From assembly GCF_964194155.1 (NCBI RefSeq), contig NC_135898.1, positions 41,540,001 through 41,604,000 on the forward strand: a stretch of DNA of 64,000 nucleotides. Reading direction: 5' to 3'. Each line of letters opens with the position of its first letter. Within the stretch, counting starts at the first letter, position 1. The notes under the pieces were generated by a model that saw only the letters and a program-made list of their open reading frames with translations, was not told the DNA's origin and did no database searches. Shown in pieces: positions 23,930-36,697 of this stretch. The translations under genes were made by a program, and so were the position numbers. The DNA comes from Cetorhinus maximus (lineage: Eukaryota).

Positions 23930-26900
23930 CATGAGCCAAATAGATTTCACACTTCCTTCTTTGTGAGCTAAAAGGAGGGAGACAGGCTCACCTGAATGTT
24001 CTGACCCCCATGAAGAAGATGGTGCTGGACATTATTTGGATGATCGTTGCTGTGGCAGCAATTGGCAGCAGAGCTGAACCCATTGAAGGTGAGGGTATCG
24101 TCATACCTAATCTTCCTTCTCCATCCAAATTCTCCCTCACCCAGACTCTCCTCTGATTTACAAGCTGCAGATGGTCTAAGGACTTACTTTCTCCACCTCT
24201 CCACACCACAGGCCACACCACTTGTACCTCTCATCTTTCAAACACCCAAGAAGTATAACCTGGTCAGGCATTGGAGGAACAAGAAAAAAACAGTGAGAAT
24301 GAAAATTGTACCATCATTCAATTTCACACTCGCAACAACCAGCTCAGATTCGGACACTGCGCACAGTGAGATCTGCCGATGGTGAAGCACCAGGTACAAG
24401 TGGCCTGTAGCCAGACAGTGGGCCAAGGATAACACACTAATGAGGCTGAATTTTACATTCGTTGGGTGGGCGGGCGCCCGGCCCAATCGGGCGTAAAATC
24501 ACGTGCAATGATGTCAGATGAGCGTCCCGATGTGATCGCACACTCTCGCAATCTTTCAGTCGGCAGGCGTGCTGCTGACTCTCGCGGGCCACCGCCAGCA
24601 ATTAAAATACCTCTTAAGGCCCTTAAGCAATTAATTGATTTGTATTTTTCGATGCCCATTCAAACGTTCAGTTGGTGGGTGGGCGAATAGGCCAGGCAGT
24701 CTTTGCATTTTTAATGAAGCCTCATCCATGGGCGGGATGAGGTTTCCAACAATAAATAAAAAATCCATTCAATATTTTTCACCATCATTTTAAACATGTT
24801 CCTCTTCATGTGACTGAGTCACATGTGGGGACATGTTTATATCATTTGTAAAATCTTTATTTTTGCGAGTACAATTCTTCAGCTCTCTGAGGCAGTTCTG
24901 TGCCCTCAGGGAGCTTTTAGTGCGCAGTCCCCCATGCATGTGCAGACTTCCGCGCTCGCCCTCCTCCTGCCCGCACCCCAGCAGCGGTGAGCATTTCAGT
25001 GCGCCTTCACGCTGGCTGGCTGTTAATTGGCCAGCCAGGGTGAATTCGCAGTCGGCACGGCGGACCTTCTCTCGGCCGCTCTCTGGCGCACCCGCCCAAC
25101 GACCTCAAAATTCAGCCCATGATGTCAGCTTGCCGGAGGGCGAGGATGCACAAGTTTTATTGCTAGAGATTCAGATGAGGACTTAAATGAGGTGGCACGC
25201 AGGAAAAGGCTGATGGATGAGCAGACAGAAATGTTCAGTGCTGCATGGAGGAGTCCAACTTTGCACTGGGCTTTGAGCAGAGCTTGGAACCCATCCTTTC
25301 CAGCATGGAAGTGATAGCCTATTCTATCAGCACATTTGGGGACCCACCATGATGCAGGATCTGATGACCAATGTCTCAGCTTCCAGCACAATGAAGGGAA
25401 AATCTGTTTCTACATCCCTAACAACAAGAAGAGCTTTACTACAAAAGAGAACCTGATGGATAAACAGCATTAAGCTACAAGCTGAGAAACAGGAACATTG
25501 AGAAACAATTACAGACATTTTTTGTCAAGCAAAGGCTGCTAGTATCCAAGGACAAATCGTTGCCATGGAATCAGGAGAGCCAACTAGTATCATCTTGAAA
25601 CATAACCCCGTTAACCTTCAACAAGTGTGACACGCGTTATGGAGGAGCTCCATTAAACTTTGAACTAACCAAGTATGCCAAGGGGAACAGGCACACCTGA
25701 AGGCACTAATCATTAAGATGTGCATGTGAAAATCAAGAGAGATGTCTGGACATAAAGAATATAAGAACTTAGCGATATCTAGTTCCATTACTGCAGTCAG
25801 CTTGGGCAAAGGGATCCCAGTCTCTTGGAGAGAAGGCTTCTAAAGATTCAACAGAACTCAGGCAATCATCATTTTGGCCACTGAGCACTTGAAGACTCCA
25901 GAAAAGGTCCAGTTATGTTTTCCTATTTAATCCAGGTGTTAGGTGAAATGCTCAGCGCTGCTGGGGTGAGGGCAGGAGGAGGGCGAGCGCGGAAGTCTGC
26001 ACATGCATGGGGGACTGTGCCCTGAAAGCTCCCTGAGGGCACAGAGCTGCCTCAGAGAGCTGAAGACTTGTACACACAAAAATAAAGATTTTACAAATGA
26101 TTTACACAAAAGGTGTATTTGTATGTTTCCATTAAAGTGAATTCAAGTCCATGAACCCCACTCACACCCAAAGGGAGAAGGTGTCAAAGTTATAAATAAT
26201 TCCCACAACATTAGCTTCCACCAGAAGTCTGAGTGCTGCAGTGGAAGCTCTGACTGCTGCCAATGGCTGTGGATGACAGCATGAAAAGGGGCTTGAAGGT
26301 GTCCACAGCAGTCCAGCAATTTGTCTCCCAATGCATTCCTAGGATTGATGAGGTGCCACTCCAGTTGAGTGGCAGCAGTTCTATGGAGCACAAGCTTGCT
26401 GTACCTCTTCGTTCTCCCACCACTGCCAAACCATCAATGCCCTTGCTGTTGCCCGCCAGCCAGTCAGCCCAGGCTGCTGCCACCCATGCCGAGATGGTGC
26501 ATTTAGAAACCGGATCTTCTGGGCCCAGAGCTACTCAAAGTTGTCCTGCAAGGCCATCTGCAGTCTCCCCCACTGAAATCCAGCAGCCTTTCACCAACCA
26601 CGCTGCAGGAACATGAGGGCAGCAAAAGGCACAACAAAGACAGGTACTAAGCGAATACACAAGGATGATTTGTTGACTTCTGTATGCAATAAAGCATGAT
26701 TACATTTTTCAATTTAACTTGGAATGGTTATTTTGTGTTGGCTTTTATTTTTGCAGTGTGGACACTATCATGATCAGTGACACACGGAGGGTAAGGTGTG
26801 AGACTATTGGTGAATAGGGAACTGGGGTTGCAGTTTGTGCAGAAGCTTTGAAGTGAGCAAGAACTCCTTGAAAAGCTGGCACACCACTCCCTGCGAACTT

Positions 26901-27340
26901 CTGCAACTATAGAAAATATTAAACTCTTGTGGAATCAAAACATCTGCCAGAAGAAAATCAACTAGCATTTAAGCTGTAAGTAGTTGATGATTGCTTTAAA
27001 AGGCACTGGTTGGAGTTTATTTTGCTGCCGAACACATGTTCAGCTGTGTGAGGTTAAGAGAGGCCTTTAGCTGGAGTGTTGAGCTCCAAAATGGCACCAC
27101 CAACATCAAATAAGCATTATAAACGGATTGACATCATGATCTGCCTGGTTTGCATACTTTGTGTTGCCCATAACTGGTTGCGCACTAATGCCTTCACCAA
27201 TATTGCTGCTTGCAAGCAACAGACGCCACTTCTGTCCCCGAATGCCACCTGTAGAGCCCAAACAGCAGGAGCTGCCAATCACAATGTTGTGCTGAACAAG
27301 TCCGTTCACCAGACATTTCGTGCAACAGCAAAAATGAGCC
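23930..27340 (+). mobile_element. Highly decayed Harbinger-type element (Myb-gene remnants), interrupted
   Basis: Remnant QAHLNVLTPMKKMVLDII at about 23983-24036 resembles the Myb exon at 8686-8845; Pro/Ser/Ala-rich tail ORF 26263..26616; TIR-like AAAATGAGCC at 27331-27340. Boundaries uncertain. Confidence 0.45.
24443..25118. mobile_element. Harbinger-type MITE with a 3-bp TSD
   Basis: Termini AGGCTGAATTTT / AAAATTCAGCCC flanked by ATG (24440-24442) and ATG (25119-25121); CpG-rich, so probably relatively young. Confidence 0.85.
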
Positions 27341-29669
27341 ACAATTCAGTGTGACTACTTGAAAATGAAGAGCAACAGATGGAGGGTAACAAGTAAAATA
27401 TGATAACAGAAAGCTACACAGGCCATGTGGTAAGATGTGAGCCTAGATAGGGCTTGTAAATCAAGGCATCGTAGCAGCGCAATGGTTTGGTACACATCAC
27501 ACTGTGTCAAGCAATTCAGTCTACAATTATATGTGCACTTCAACAGACTGCATCTGACATTCTTGGCAAAAGTGTTTAGAAACTGGCACTTCCAGAGTCT
27601 GTTTAATAACCAGGTCCTTGTCATAAACAATCCATCCAGCTGTGTACTATGAAAAGAATAACTGAAAGAATACCACAGCAATCCAGTGATATTTGTTTGA
27701 AGTTTAAACAGACCTGTTGTGCATCGAGAATTTTTTACCTCCTGGTGTCCTCCGGTCCGGTAAAAAATCTCACATATTGAAATATTAGTGTAATTGTCAA
27801 GGAAATTGAGCCTAATTAACATAAACATTATGACCAAATAACAACAATTTGTATGTATTTTGTCTCTTTAACATCAAGACAAAGAACATGAAAATGTAAG
27901 AGCTAGAAAAAGCCAAATAAATTATTCAGCTCACCCATCTCCCGTCACCCAGCAATCATTTCACCCACCACCAAGTCATTAAGGTCTTCCATTGCCCAGC
28001 TCACTCAACTTCTGTTTCTTGATTCAATCTATTTTTTATGACCTCCCTATCCTTCCTGAATTGAGAACCTATCCAATAGCCTTCTGAATCCATCAATGTG
28101 ATAGAATTCACAACGTTGAACACAGTCCATTCTATGAATCACTACCTTGACCCATGTAAATGATTTTAAGTTTCACTTGTTTCTTTTCTTATTCATCATA
28201 CTGTCTGGTCCTCTCAACACTCATGGATTTTAACTCTTTTTTTATTGTCACCTTACCATACATTTTTCATTATTTTAAAAACTTAACTTGAATCCCCCAC
28301 CTCATCCCCCAGCATTTGATTGATTAGGCTGGGTTCGCTGACCTGAAGAGTATTGAATTATATGATCACAGGGTCTGTGCTAAGTCAATCAATCTCATCT
28401 GGCTCTAAAATCTTCTTCAGTATTATCGGGATGTGTAGTGAAAATGAATTAGGTTTCCTGTTCCTGGTCACTATTGAATACAAGGGACTGAGAGTGACGG
28501 TTTCCATGGTTGAATGGTCTCCTGATTCCCATTAACCAGGGCCACAAATATGACACGTTCAATGTACTGAAGGACCAATGTCAACTATGAAACTGTACCT
28601 AACCTCAGTCACCACCTTCAAAGAAGGTGGCTGGAACAACATCAGATTTTATAAATGTGACTTGGATTAGCTTCTTCCACCTCCTCTAACAGTTCAATGA
28701 CCTGCAATCACCCTTGTAATTTCTGAATCGTTTCAGCATGTCGTTTTTGGAATAATACCGCCCACAGATGGGCAGTGTTTCAAACGTGTGCTCACTGATG
28801 CATATTGAAATGTTACCTACATATCTGGACGTCTATGCTATCGATCAATTTACATGCCCGCAACTTTATTTTCCTTGACAGCAGCTACCCAATACTGTGA
28901 GGACTTTCAATGTCTGGTTAAACTATTATGCTAAATCTGGCTGTTAACTTATTGAGTAATACATCTTCCATTTTCCAATCACAGCTGCTATTCAGAACAC
29001 CAGCATGACCTTATATTTCTCAATATCAAGTACAATTCATGATTCTTCTGTGTCTTTGTTTGTCCTTCACTCTCCTGCTTTGTATGCTTCCCACATTTTC
29101 TATGGTCATTAACTCTTTCTCAGTCTTTCACTCGGACTCCTTTTCTAAATCTCTCCTTCTTTCAGTCTTCCCTTGACTCCCATTCTATATGACTTTAATG
29201 TGCTTCTTTACTTATTTACTCAATCTCTATCATTCTTTTTTTCCAAAGCCTAGGACACTCATAAACTTGTAACAGGTCAGAAATGGCTATGGCTAACAGA
29301 TAGGAAGAAGCGGAGGTGAAGCAGTATGTGCAAGTAAGTGGGCTGAAGCTGGAAATTATGGTGTGAGGATGGGACAGACAGGAAACAGAAAAATTGGAAT
29401 TTGAAATTAGCAGATGGAAGGAAGTTCAGAGGGAATTGGGAGAGGCCACAGAATATTCAGGGAGTAGGTCTGGGAACACTTGGAATGAGGGGAATTATGG
29501 ACTGGCACCTGAGAGCAATTTGATGGGCTGGACCTGAAGGCACTAAGGCGATAGAGACTTAAAGTCAAAAGCATTCTGGGAGTTGGAGGTTGACAAGGGA
29601 GGGTTACATCCAATGAAGCCGAAGAACAGCAGATTGAAGACCAGGAGTACTCAGGGAGGCAGGATTTTA

Positions 29670-30666
29670 TGTGACAATTATGCAATTTGTAAGCTTATTA
29701 TATTTTGTGACTGTAGCTTTAAGTTTAGGGTAAATGAAGGGGGTAATGTGACCTGCTCTGCCATCTGCCTGACAGTAAGCCTAAGTGATGTGTTAGAATC
29801 AGAGGAAGACTTAGATTTTCTTACTGAAAAGAAGGTGCAAGGTATTCACATTTGGAGGTAATAGCACAGGCTCTGGATTTACAACGAATAGATTATTGAG
29901 TCTCCCAAAGTCCCAGAAAGTTGTTGAACATACTGGGTAGTAAACAATTGTGCTGTAAACTGTCTACTTTTAAGATGAAAGACAGCTGGTCTCTCAAGGA
30001 ACTAATTAGCATTTCTACCTAGATACAAGATTAATGTGTTTCACATTGCCATGGGGAAAGAGGGCAGGGGAAGCTATTTTTGAGATCAGTCTACAGGCTT
30101 TCCTACAAATCAATGGGTATCACAGAGAGACAACAGTTCTGTGTGGTCAGCAGAGAGAAGAAGCTGCTTGACTTTAGGATCTACCACAGCAGGAGGAGAC
30201 GGTCTTCAGTTGAAGATACGCATCCTGCAGCCATGTAAGGATCCCAGGAGATACATCCTGGCATGGCCAGAGGAAGAAGAATCATAGGAACAGAATTTAC
30301 TGCTGGTTGTGAAACTCTACAAAAACTGAGAAAAATACCTGAAGATGGTCATTCGAAGTTACTACTCCACAAAAACAGGGATGTGGAAACCACTGGAATC
30401 TGGAAGCAACTGTGGGCTATTTTTTAATAGGACTGTAATTCTGTGGAGAGTGTGATGGGTGATAAGTATACAAAGTGAACATCATTTTCTTCAATTTAAA
30501 GTACAAGATGCCTACAAAAGAAAATAGTATTTAGTTAATTCTGTTTTCTTAATCATTTGTTACAGTAAAAGTTTTAAAATCGTGAAATCTTGTGGTTTTT
30601 TTTAGCTAGTAACTGGATGTTTGAATCTCCTTTAAGAAGTTAGCAGTCTCTATGGAGATCATAACA
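29670..30666 (+). mobile_element. Possible old solo LTR
   Basis: Starts TGTGAC and ends GATCATAACA; the 3' part (AGTAAAAGTTTTAAAATCGTGAAATCTTGT) resembles LTR R/U5 regions. No matching TSD. Confidence 0.4.
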
Positions 30667-32509
30667 GTTGGACTCTGAGTTCTTGGAGCAATAGTGAGTT
30701 ACTGGAGTCGAAGAACAGCGGTGTGGCTGTGACTCACAGAAGCAGAGAACAGGAATCTGATGTCTGGGAACACTGCACAGGGCGCTGGCATCCAGAATGA
30801 TTGGGGGATGTGGGAGAAGCGGGTGGAAAGGTAACACTTAGGTGGACGGATAGTGGCTGGAGCCCGGAAGTCGTGAGAAGGAAAGATATGGGAGCATTTA
30901 GGAGAGATGGGTCTGGCAACATTGAGGGGCTCTGGGAACATTTTTCAGATGAGTTCTGTAAGGAGTAAGGGAGAGAATGAAGTGTGTAAGCATTTGCAAG
31001 AAGTAGATTCTTGGAGCAGGGCTGGCGAGTATGTAGCAGGCAGGACACAAATCCATGCACAAGACTTGGAGTTGAGTACAGGCCATAGCTTGACCAGGCC
31101 GTAGCCAGACCAAGGAACACAACTCAAAACCAACCAACAACAAAGTACGATCTATATTTGATCTGGATTTAACCTCTGTTGAGCTGAATTTAACTTATCA
31201 GCAATATTTGAATGTAAGTAACCCAAGAGTCCTAAAGTTAAACAGTTAAAACATCCCAAAATGCAGCCAGTCCATTTTCCTTTTCCACTAACTTTGTTCC
31301 AACTACAGTGAATGTTAATACACTTGTTCTGCATGAACTGCATTTTGTAAACCCATTTGGATGTGGTGCTTTTAATTTAGTTAATTCTACATGTCAAGCA
31401 AGCAAGGAGACCTACAGTTTCCAGAATCATGTTTTTGACTGAAAATGGAGACTATCAGCTGTTTGGCAATCTTCCAAATCTCTGCATTTAATGAACTATT
31501 AAAATATCATGTATTTCACCATAATTTCTCTGAGGGTCAGTCCCTCTAGTTTTCTCCATCTTCTTTCCATTAAGTGTTGGTCCCTCATTGTGAACCACAA
31601 CCACTGGCAATGTCTTTGTTTCATTTTGAGATTTCACTGACACATCAACTTGTTCAAATGTTATAATGCCGCAGTGCTGAAGTTTTCTTGCTAAAAGTTT
31701 TTACAGCATCCCAATCCATTTAATAATTTTTAGTTACAACCTACAAAGGAGGAATGACTTGCTGGTCTGCTTTGAATTTGATCAGGAAGATTTCCCACTC
31801 ATTCATTCTCGTCGAGTCATGTAGCACACAAGGTGATCATTTGGTCCATCGTGTTTGTGCTGTCTCTGAAAGATGTACCCAATTAGTCCCATTCCAGTGT
31901 TCTTTCCCCATCGCCCAGCAAATGGTTCCTCACTGCTTCCTGTGCACTCATTTGTTCAGCTTCCCTACTGACTGACTTCTAAACATTGATATATTTCCCT
32001 TCCATTGCATTATTTATAGGGATCTTTTGTCCGTTTCTAACTTAGGTTTTCTATTCCTTTACATTGCTGACATTTGGAGTCCTTGTAAAAATAGTTGGCC
32101 TCCAAGTAGTTATTCTTCTCATTCAGCATGTATTTTGTTCGCTTGTCTATCCCTGTTTGAATTCTTTTGCGTCTTTATCAGCAGCTTTCATGCTCATAGC
32201 AATTTTCCCTTCTTTATTTTTCCAAGGTCAAATTGGCTTCAGTCAGAAGCCTTCACTGAATGGAATTTGAATGAAGGCCACCAATCAATCCATAACTCTG
32301 CACCTTATCTGGAAATGACCTGAGTGTTTAAAGTTTTCATAATCTTGTGAAAAACGGGTCAAGTCTTTTCCTTTCTTCTGCTCCTTCCAGTGGAATTTAA
32401 GACATTCAGCATTGGTACCAAATATAGAGGTGGTTTTCTGACCAAACAATTGTTGACAGGCTATATCTTGCACTACCTTGTTTATTTCACTGCAGGTTTA
32501 AGCTAGCAA

Positions 32510-33150
32510 TACAGAATTACACGGAAACTGCAACATAGAAATAGGTCATTCAGCACTACCTGTACATATTAGTGACATCCTTCACACAAAAGCAGTAATC
32601 CCAATCCCATGTGCTCTACCGGTTCCCATATTCCTTTATGCGCCTTTCCCTGACCATCTATAACCTATTCCTAAATGTTAACATGGGCTGGGATTTTCCA
32701 GCCCCACCACCGACGGGTATTGTTACGGGTGGGATGGGAAAATTTGGAGAGCTGTTGACTTTTAACGGCTCTCCAAATTTTCCCGCCCCACCCGTGTTGA
32801 AGCCCGCTGGTGTCGGGGCTGGAAAATCATGCCAATGGTCTCTGTTTAATCATCAACTATCATAGCATCACCGATAGTGACAAAAGTTGAAAGCCAGCTA
32901 TGGGGCTACACTTATTTTTCAGTACACATCCTCAGAGCCTCTTTTTTGTATTTAATCTTATATCTACATTCCCTCATCTAGACCCATCAATCACTGGGAA
33001 CAGTCTGGTTCTATCTATTTTATCCTACCCATCCACAATTTAAAACCACTCTATAATCTCCTCTGTTCTAAGAAAAACAGCCCCAGTCTCCTAAGTTTTT
33101 CCATACAACATTCCAGGCAGCATTCTAGTGGGTCTGTGATATACAGTCAG
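32510..33150 (-). mobile_element. Old CR1 LINE 3' fragment (hosts a MITE)
   Basis: AATACAGAATTAC...CATAGAAATAGGTCATTCAGC tail region, and CTCTGTTCTAAGAAAAACAGCCCCAGTCTC (reverse complement of RLGLFS.EQR). Confidence 0.6.
32685..32833. mobile_element. ~150-bp fully palindromic Harbinger-type MITE
   Basis: GGGCTGGGATTTTCCAGCCCC...ACGGGTGGG..GGGAAAATTTGGAGAGC / GCTCTCCAAATTTTCCC..CCCACCCGT...GGGGCTGGAAAATCATGCC; the arms pair along the whole length. Confidence 0.85.
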
Positions 33151-34157
33151 TAAGACAGGAATAGTTCTAAACAATTTTCAATCTCATTCACTTCAAAATA
33201 TTCTCCATTCTCTCAGCAGTTCACTCAAGTCTAGTTTTTAAATTTAAAATCTCCTATTCTGTTTTCTCTTTGTCATTCCTCCTGCGTTATCATTTCAGCT
33301 AATGTTTGAAGAATTTTCCTCATTGCCACGGTTTCATTTTTGCAATCTTACTTCAGAAAACAAGCAGAATTTATCACACCAGGAGTGTGTGACAACCGTC
33401 CGATCCTAAGCTAGCAACACACAATGCATTTGTATAAAGATTCCAGCTGTAGAAACAACTGAGATATAAGCAAAAGGCAAAATAAAGTTGTTTTTTTCCC
33501 AACAATGACTGTCCAAAGGAAGATTTCTGATGCTACCAGTGAGGTAAAATCAAAAGCGAGTCTGTCCACTGAACTGTCAATATAGGAAGAATATTAGGCC
33601 TGACTTTCCACAGCAATAAGAGTGACAGAGATTGAAGAGCAGTTATTGGGCTGCACTTTCTTTTTCAGAGTCATCCAAATGGGTCACATTTTCTGAATCA
33701 AAATGAGTTGTCATTATTCCTGGTGATCGACATCTGCCAAGTTTGTAGCTAGCTCCCAATGACAGAGCAACACAAGCAGAGCCTGCAACCAAATTACCTG
33801 TCACTCTCTCAGTCAGAGTTAGTGCAGGGAAAACTTTAGTAAATGGAAAAATAACTCACCACTTGGTTCAGAAGAGAATTTTATTTTAAAATATCCTGCA
33901 GCTCAGCAGTGAACAACATTTAAAAAAAAATCAATATAATCACCGCTTTGTTCTTCAAAGGTACAGCAAAATATAATTGAACATAAGACAGTGAGTGAAA
34001 CGGATGATTAATCATTTGGCTTGAAATAGTTTCATGGATAACTGACTCTTACTGGAGGAAGTAACAATACCTTAGGCCAGGATTATCCAAGCTTTTATTT
34101 TCATATGTATTCAGCTTGTACCTTAGAGTCTTGGGGGTGGGGCGGGGGCAACATATA

Positions 34158-34305
34158 ACAACATCAACTGGCATTTATATAGTGCCCTTAACATAGTAAA
34201 ACGTCCCAAGGCATTTCACACAGGCGTAATCAAACAAAATCTGACACTGAGCCACCTAAGGAGATCATTAGGACAGGCAGCCAAAGCTTTGTCAAATAAG
34301 CTTTG
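34158..34305 (-). mobile_element. L2 LINE 3' tail
   Basis: GCATTTATATAGTGCCCTTAACATAGTAAAACGTCCCAAGGCATTTCACA is the reverse complement of the L2 tail. Confidence 0.7.
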
Positions 34306-34309
34306 AGGC

Positions 34310-34740
34310 GTATTGAGGAAACTGGACCTGTATTCTCTAGATTTTGAAGAATGAGAGGTGATCTCATTGAAACTTACAAAATTCTTACACGGCGTGACAG
34401 GATGGATGTAGGAAGGATGTTTCCCCTGGCTGGTGAATCTAGAACCAAGGGGCATGGTCTCAGAATAAGCAGTAGACCATTTAAGACTGAGATGAGGAGG
34501 AATTTCTTCACTCAGAGGGTGGCGAATCTTTTGAATTCTTTACCGCAGAGCCCTGTGGAAGCTCAATCAATGAGCATGTTCAGGACAGAAATCGATATAT
34601 TTCTGGATACTGATGACATCAAGGGATATGGGGATAATGGAGATAAATGGCATAGAGGTACAGTATCTGCCATGATCTGTTTGAATGGCAGAGCAGGCTC
34701 GATAGGCCAAATGGCCTCCTTCTACTCCTATATTTCTATG
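34310..34740 (+). mobile_element. CR1 LINE 3' end
   Basis: MRGDLIETYKIL...FPLAGESRTKGH..RNFFTQRVANL.NSLP; tail CTCCTATATTTCTATG. Confidence 0.9.
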
Positions 34741-34999
34741 AGCAACTTAAAGTGGAACGGTGAGGGGGTGCTGGGGGTTAAGGTGATCCCCCAATTCGGT
34801 TAGGTAGGGAATCCCAGGCTTTTGACCCAGCAATGATGAAGGGATACTGATGTTAAGTCCAAGTCAGGATTGTGGGGGACTTGGTGGTAATGGTGTTTCC
34901 ATGTTTCTGATGTCCTGCTCTTTTTAAGTGGCAGATATCACAAGTTTGGGAGGTGATGCTGAAGTGACCTTGGCAACTTGCAAGTCCAGTTAATGCGAA

Positions 35000-35590
35000 G
35001 TAGCAATCAGAAAAGCGAAAAGAGCGTGAAGTTATTAGACAGCAGAGTACAAGTCAGAGGAAGTGGTGATCAAATTGTACAGAGTTTTGGTCAGACCACA
35101 ACCTCAAATATTGTGTTCGGTTCTGGTCACCAAGACAGATGCAACATACTCAAGTGCTGGAAGCAGTGTAAAGGCAAGCCACCAGGCTGATTCTTCAGTC
35201 AGAGAACACGGAGTAGTAAGTGAAGTCCAAAGAAACTTGATATTTTCAACCTTGAAAGGAAGCATTTCAGACATGTGATATATCAGATGGTAAACTATAT
35301 AGAAAGGGCAAATCTAGAAAATTTACTTTAGCTCAAAATTGAGAGAGTCAGACAAAAAGCCATGGGTTCAAAGGGAATTTTGGAATGATATCAGTAAATT
35401 GGTTTTCATGCAAAGTGTGTTCAATGTATGGCAGGCATCGAGGTCCTGGATACAGTAATGGAGGCAAAAGACTTTAGAATCACTTGATATTACAATGAGG
35501 GTGGGAGGGGAAACTCCAGGAAAATTCTAGATGGATGAGCTAAAATGGGCAGACTGGCATTCCTCGTCCCTAATCATCCTGTGATGCCAT
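35000..35590 (+). mobile_element. Old CR1 LINE 3' fragment
   Basis: VIKLYRVLVRP motif, with later remnants of the CR1 C-terminus and 3' UTR. Confidence 0.6.
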
Positions 35591-35951
35591 GACATCCAAT
35601 ACTGCAACATTGTAAACTGTGACTCTCTGAAAATTTGCACTGTGCTTTACTTTCATGAGTGTCCAGTTGGTGACATTTTAAACATAGATTAGCGGCTAGT
35701 TCTCGGGGGATGGTACAATCAATTTGAAGTGAAGAAACCCAAAACAGTTGTCAGAGCAACACAGGAATAACAGACAGAAAGTTGCCCCAAAGCAAGATCA
35801 TCTCACCCTCTTTAATGAAAAGAGAGTCACTTACTGACAAGCAACTCCCATAGGAAATAAAAAGCAGGACCAAAGTTAAGCAAAGAAAATAAGTAGAAGT
35901 AATCGTTTGGTAGTACAGAACTTAAGTATTTCTGAAAAAATCTGATCATTT

Positions 35952-35987
35952 TTGTTGAAACTTTTCGTCTTGCACTCATCAAGACAA
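35952..35987 (-). ncRNA. Minimal type I hammerhead ribozyme-like motif (degenerate)
   Basis: Minus strand reads TTGTC-TTGATGA-GT-GCAAG-AC-GAAA-AGT-TTC-AACAA: one change from CUGAUGA, 2-bp helix II, GAAA, UUC site, helix I TTGTC/AACAA. Confidence 0.7.
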
Positions 35988-36559
35988 TTTGCAAGAAAAT
36001 GCCAATGTCAGGGAAAAAAGCAAATTTATAGTGTATAAGAGTGTGCTGATTGATTGGCAAGTGGACTCTGATTGGTAGAAGCACTGCCATGGAAAATGCA
36101 CCAGTGATTGATGACTGACAGTTAACTGCCAAGCATTGTTTGAAATTTAAACCAGGCAGCTTGACTATGATTGGTCAACACATTGCCTTGGGGAATGAGT
36201 CAGTTATTTTGATTAGCTGAAACAGGCGCAATGTGTGTACATGTTCTTTCTGTCTGCAAAGAACAGGGCCCTGTGTATTAATATATGTCGCTTCCAGTAC
36301 GCGCAAATGCACCACATTGCGAACCTGGCTAACAATCTTAAATTGGTTGTCAGTGTAATTCTTGGCATATTAAGGATTATTTAGCAAATGTTGTCCAATT
36401 GCAGAATCAAATCTGATGTTGGACACTGTGTGTTGAGTTTTGCAAACACAGGCTGGTTAGGTAGGGTCTGTACCTTGCCCATTGCGAATAGTGGATGGGA
36501 CATGCTGTTTGATATGATCCGTCAGTCTTTGGATGCAATAGGTCTGAATTATGTATGAA

Positions 36560-36697
36560 TTATGAGCCAGGTCTCCGTTATCGCCATCCATCCGCGCCTG
36601 TAACTCCCCAATCATATTTACTATACTCCGTGTACCTACATACATGCAGAGTAACCCCGATTTAGATTTTGTTACTTTATCCCTCACCCCGACTTTG
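36560..36697 (-). mobile_element. CR1 ORF2 N-terminal fragment nested in the Penelope element
   Basis: KSGLLCMYVGTRSIVNMIGELQA resembles the CR1 endonuclease start (CMY.NARS..NK..EL). Confidence 0.7.
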
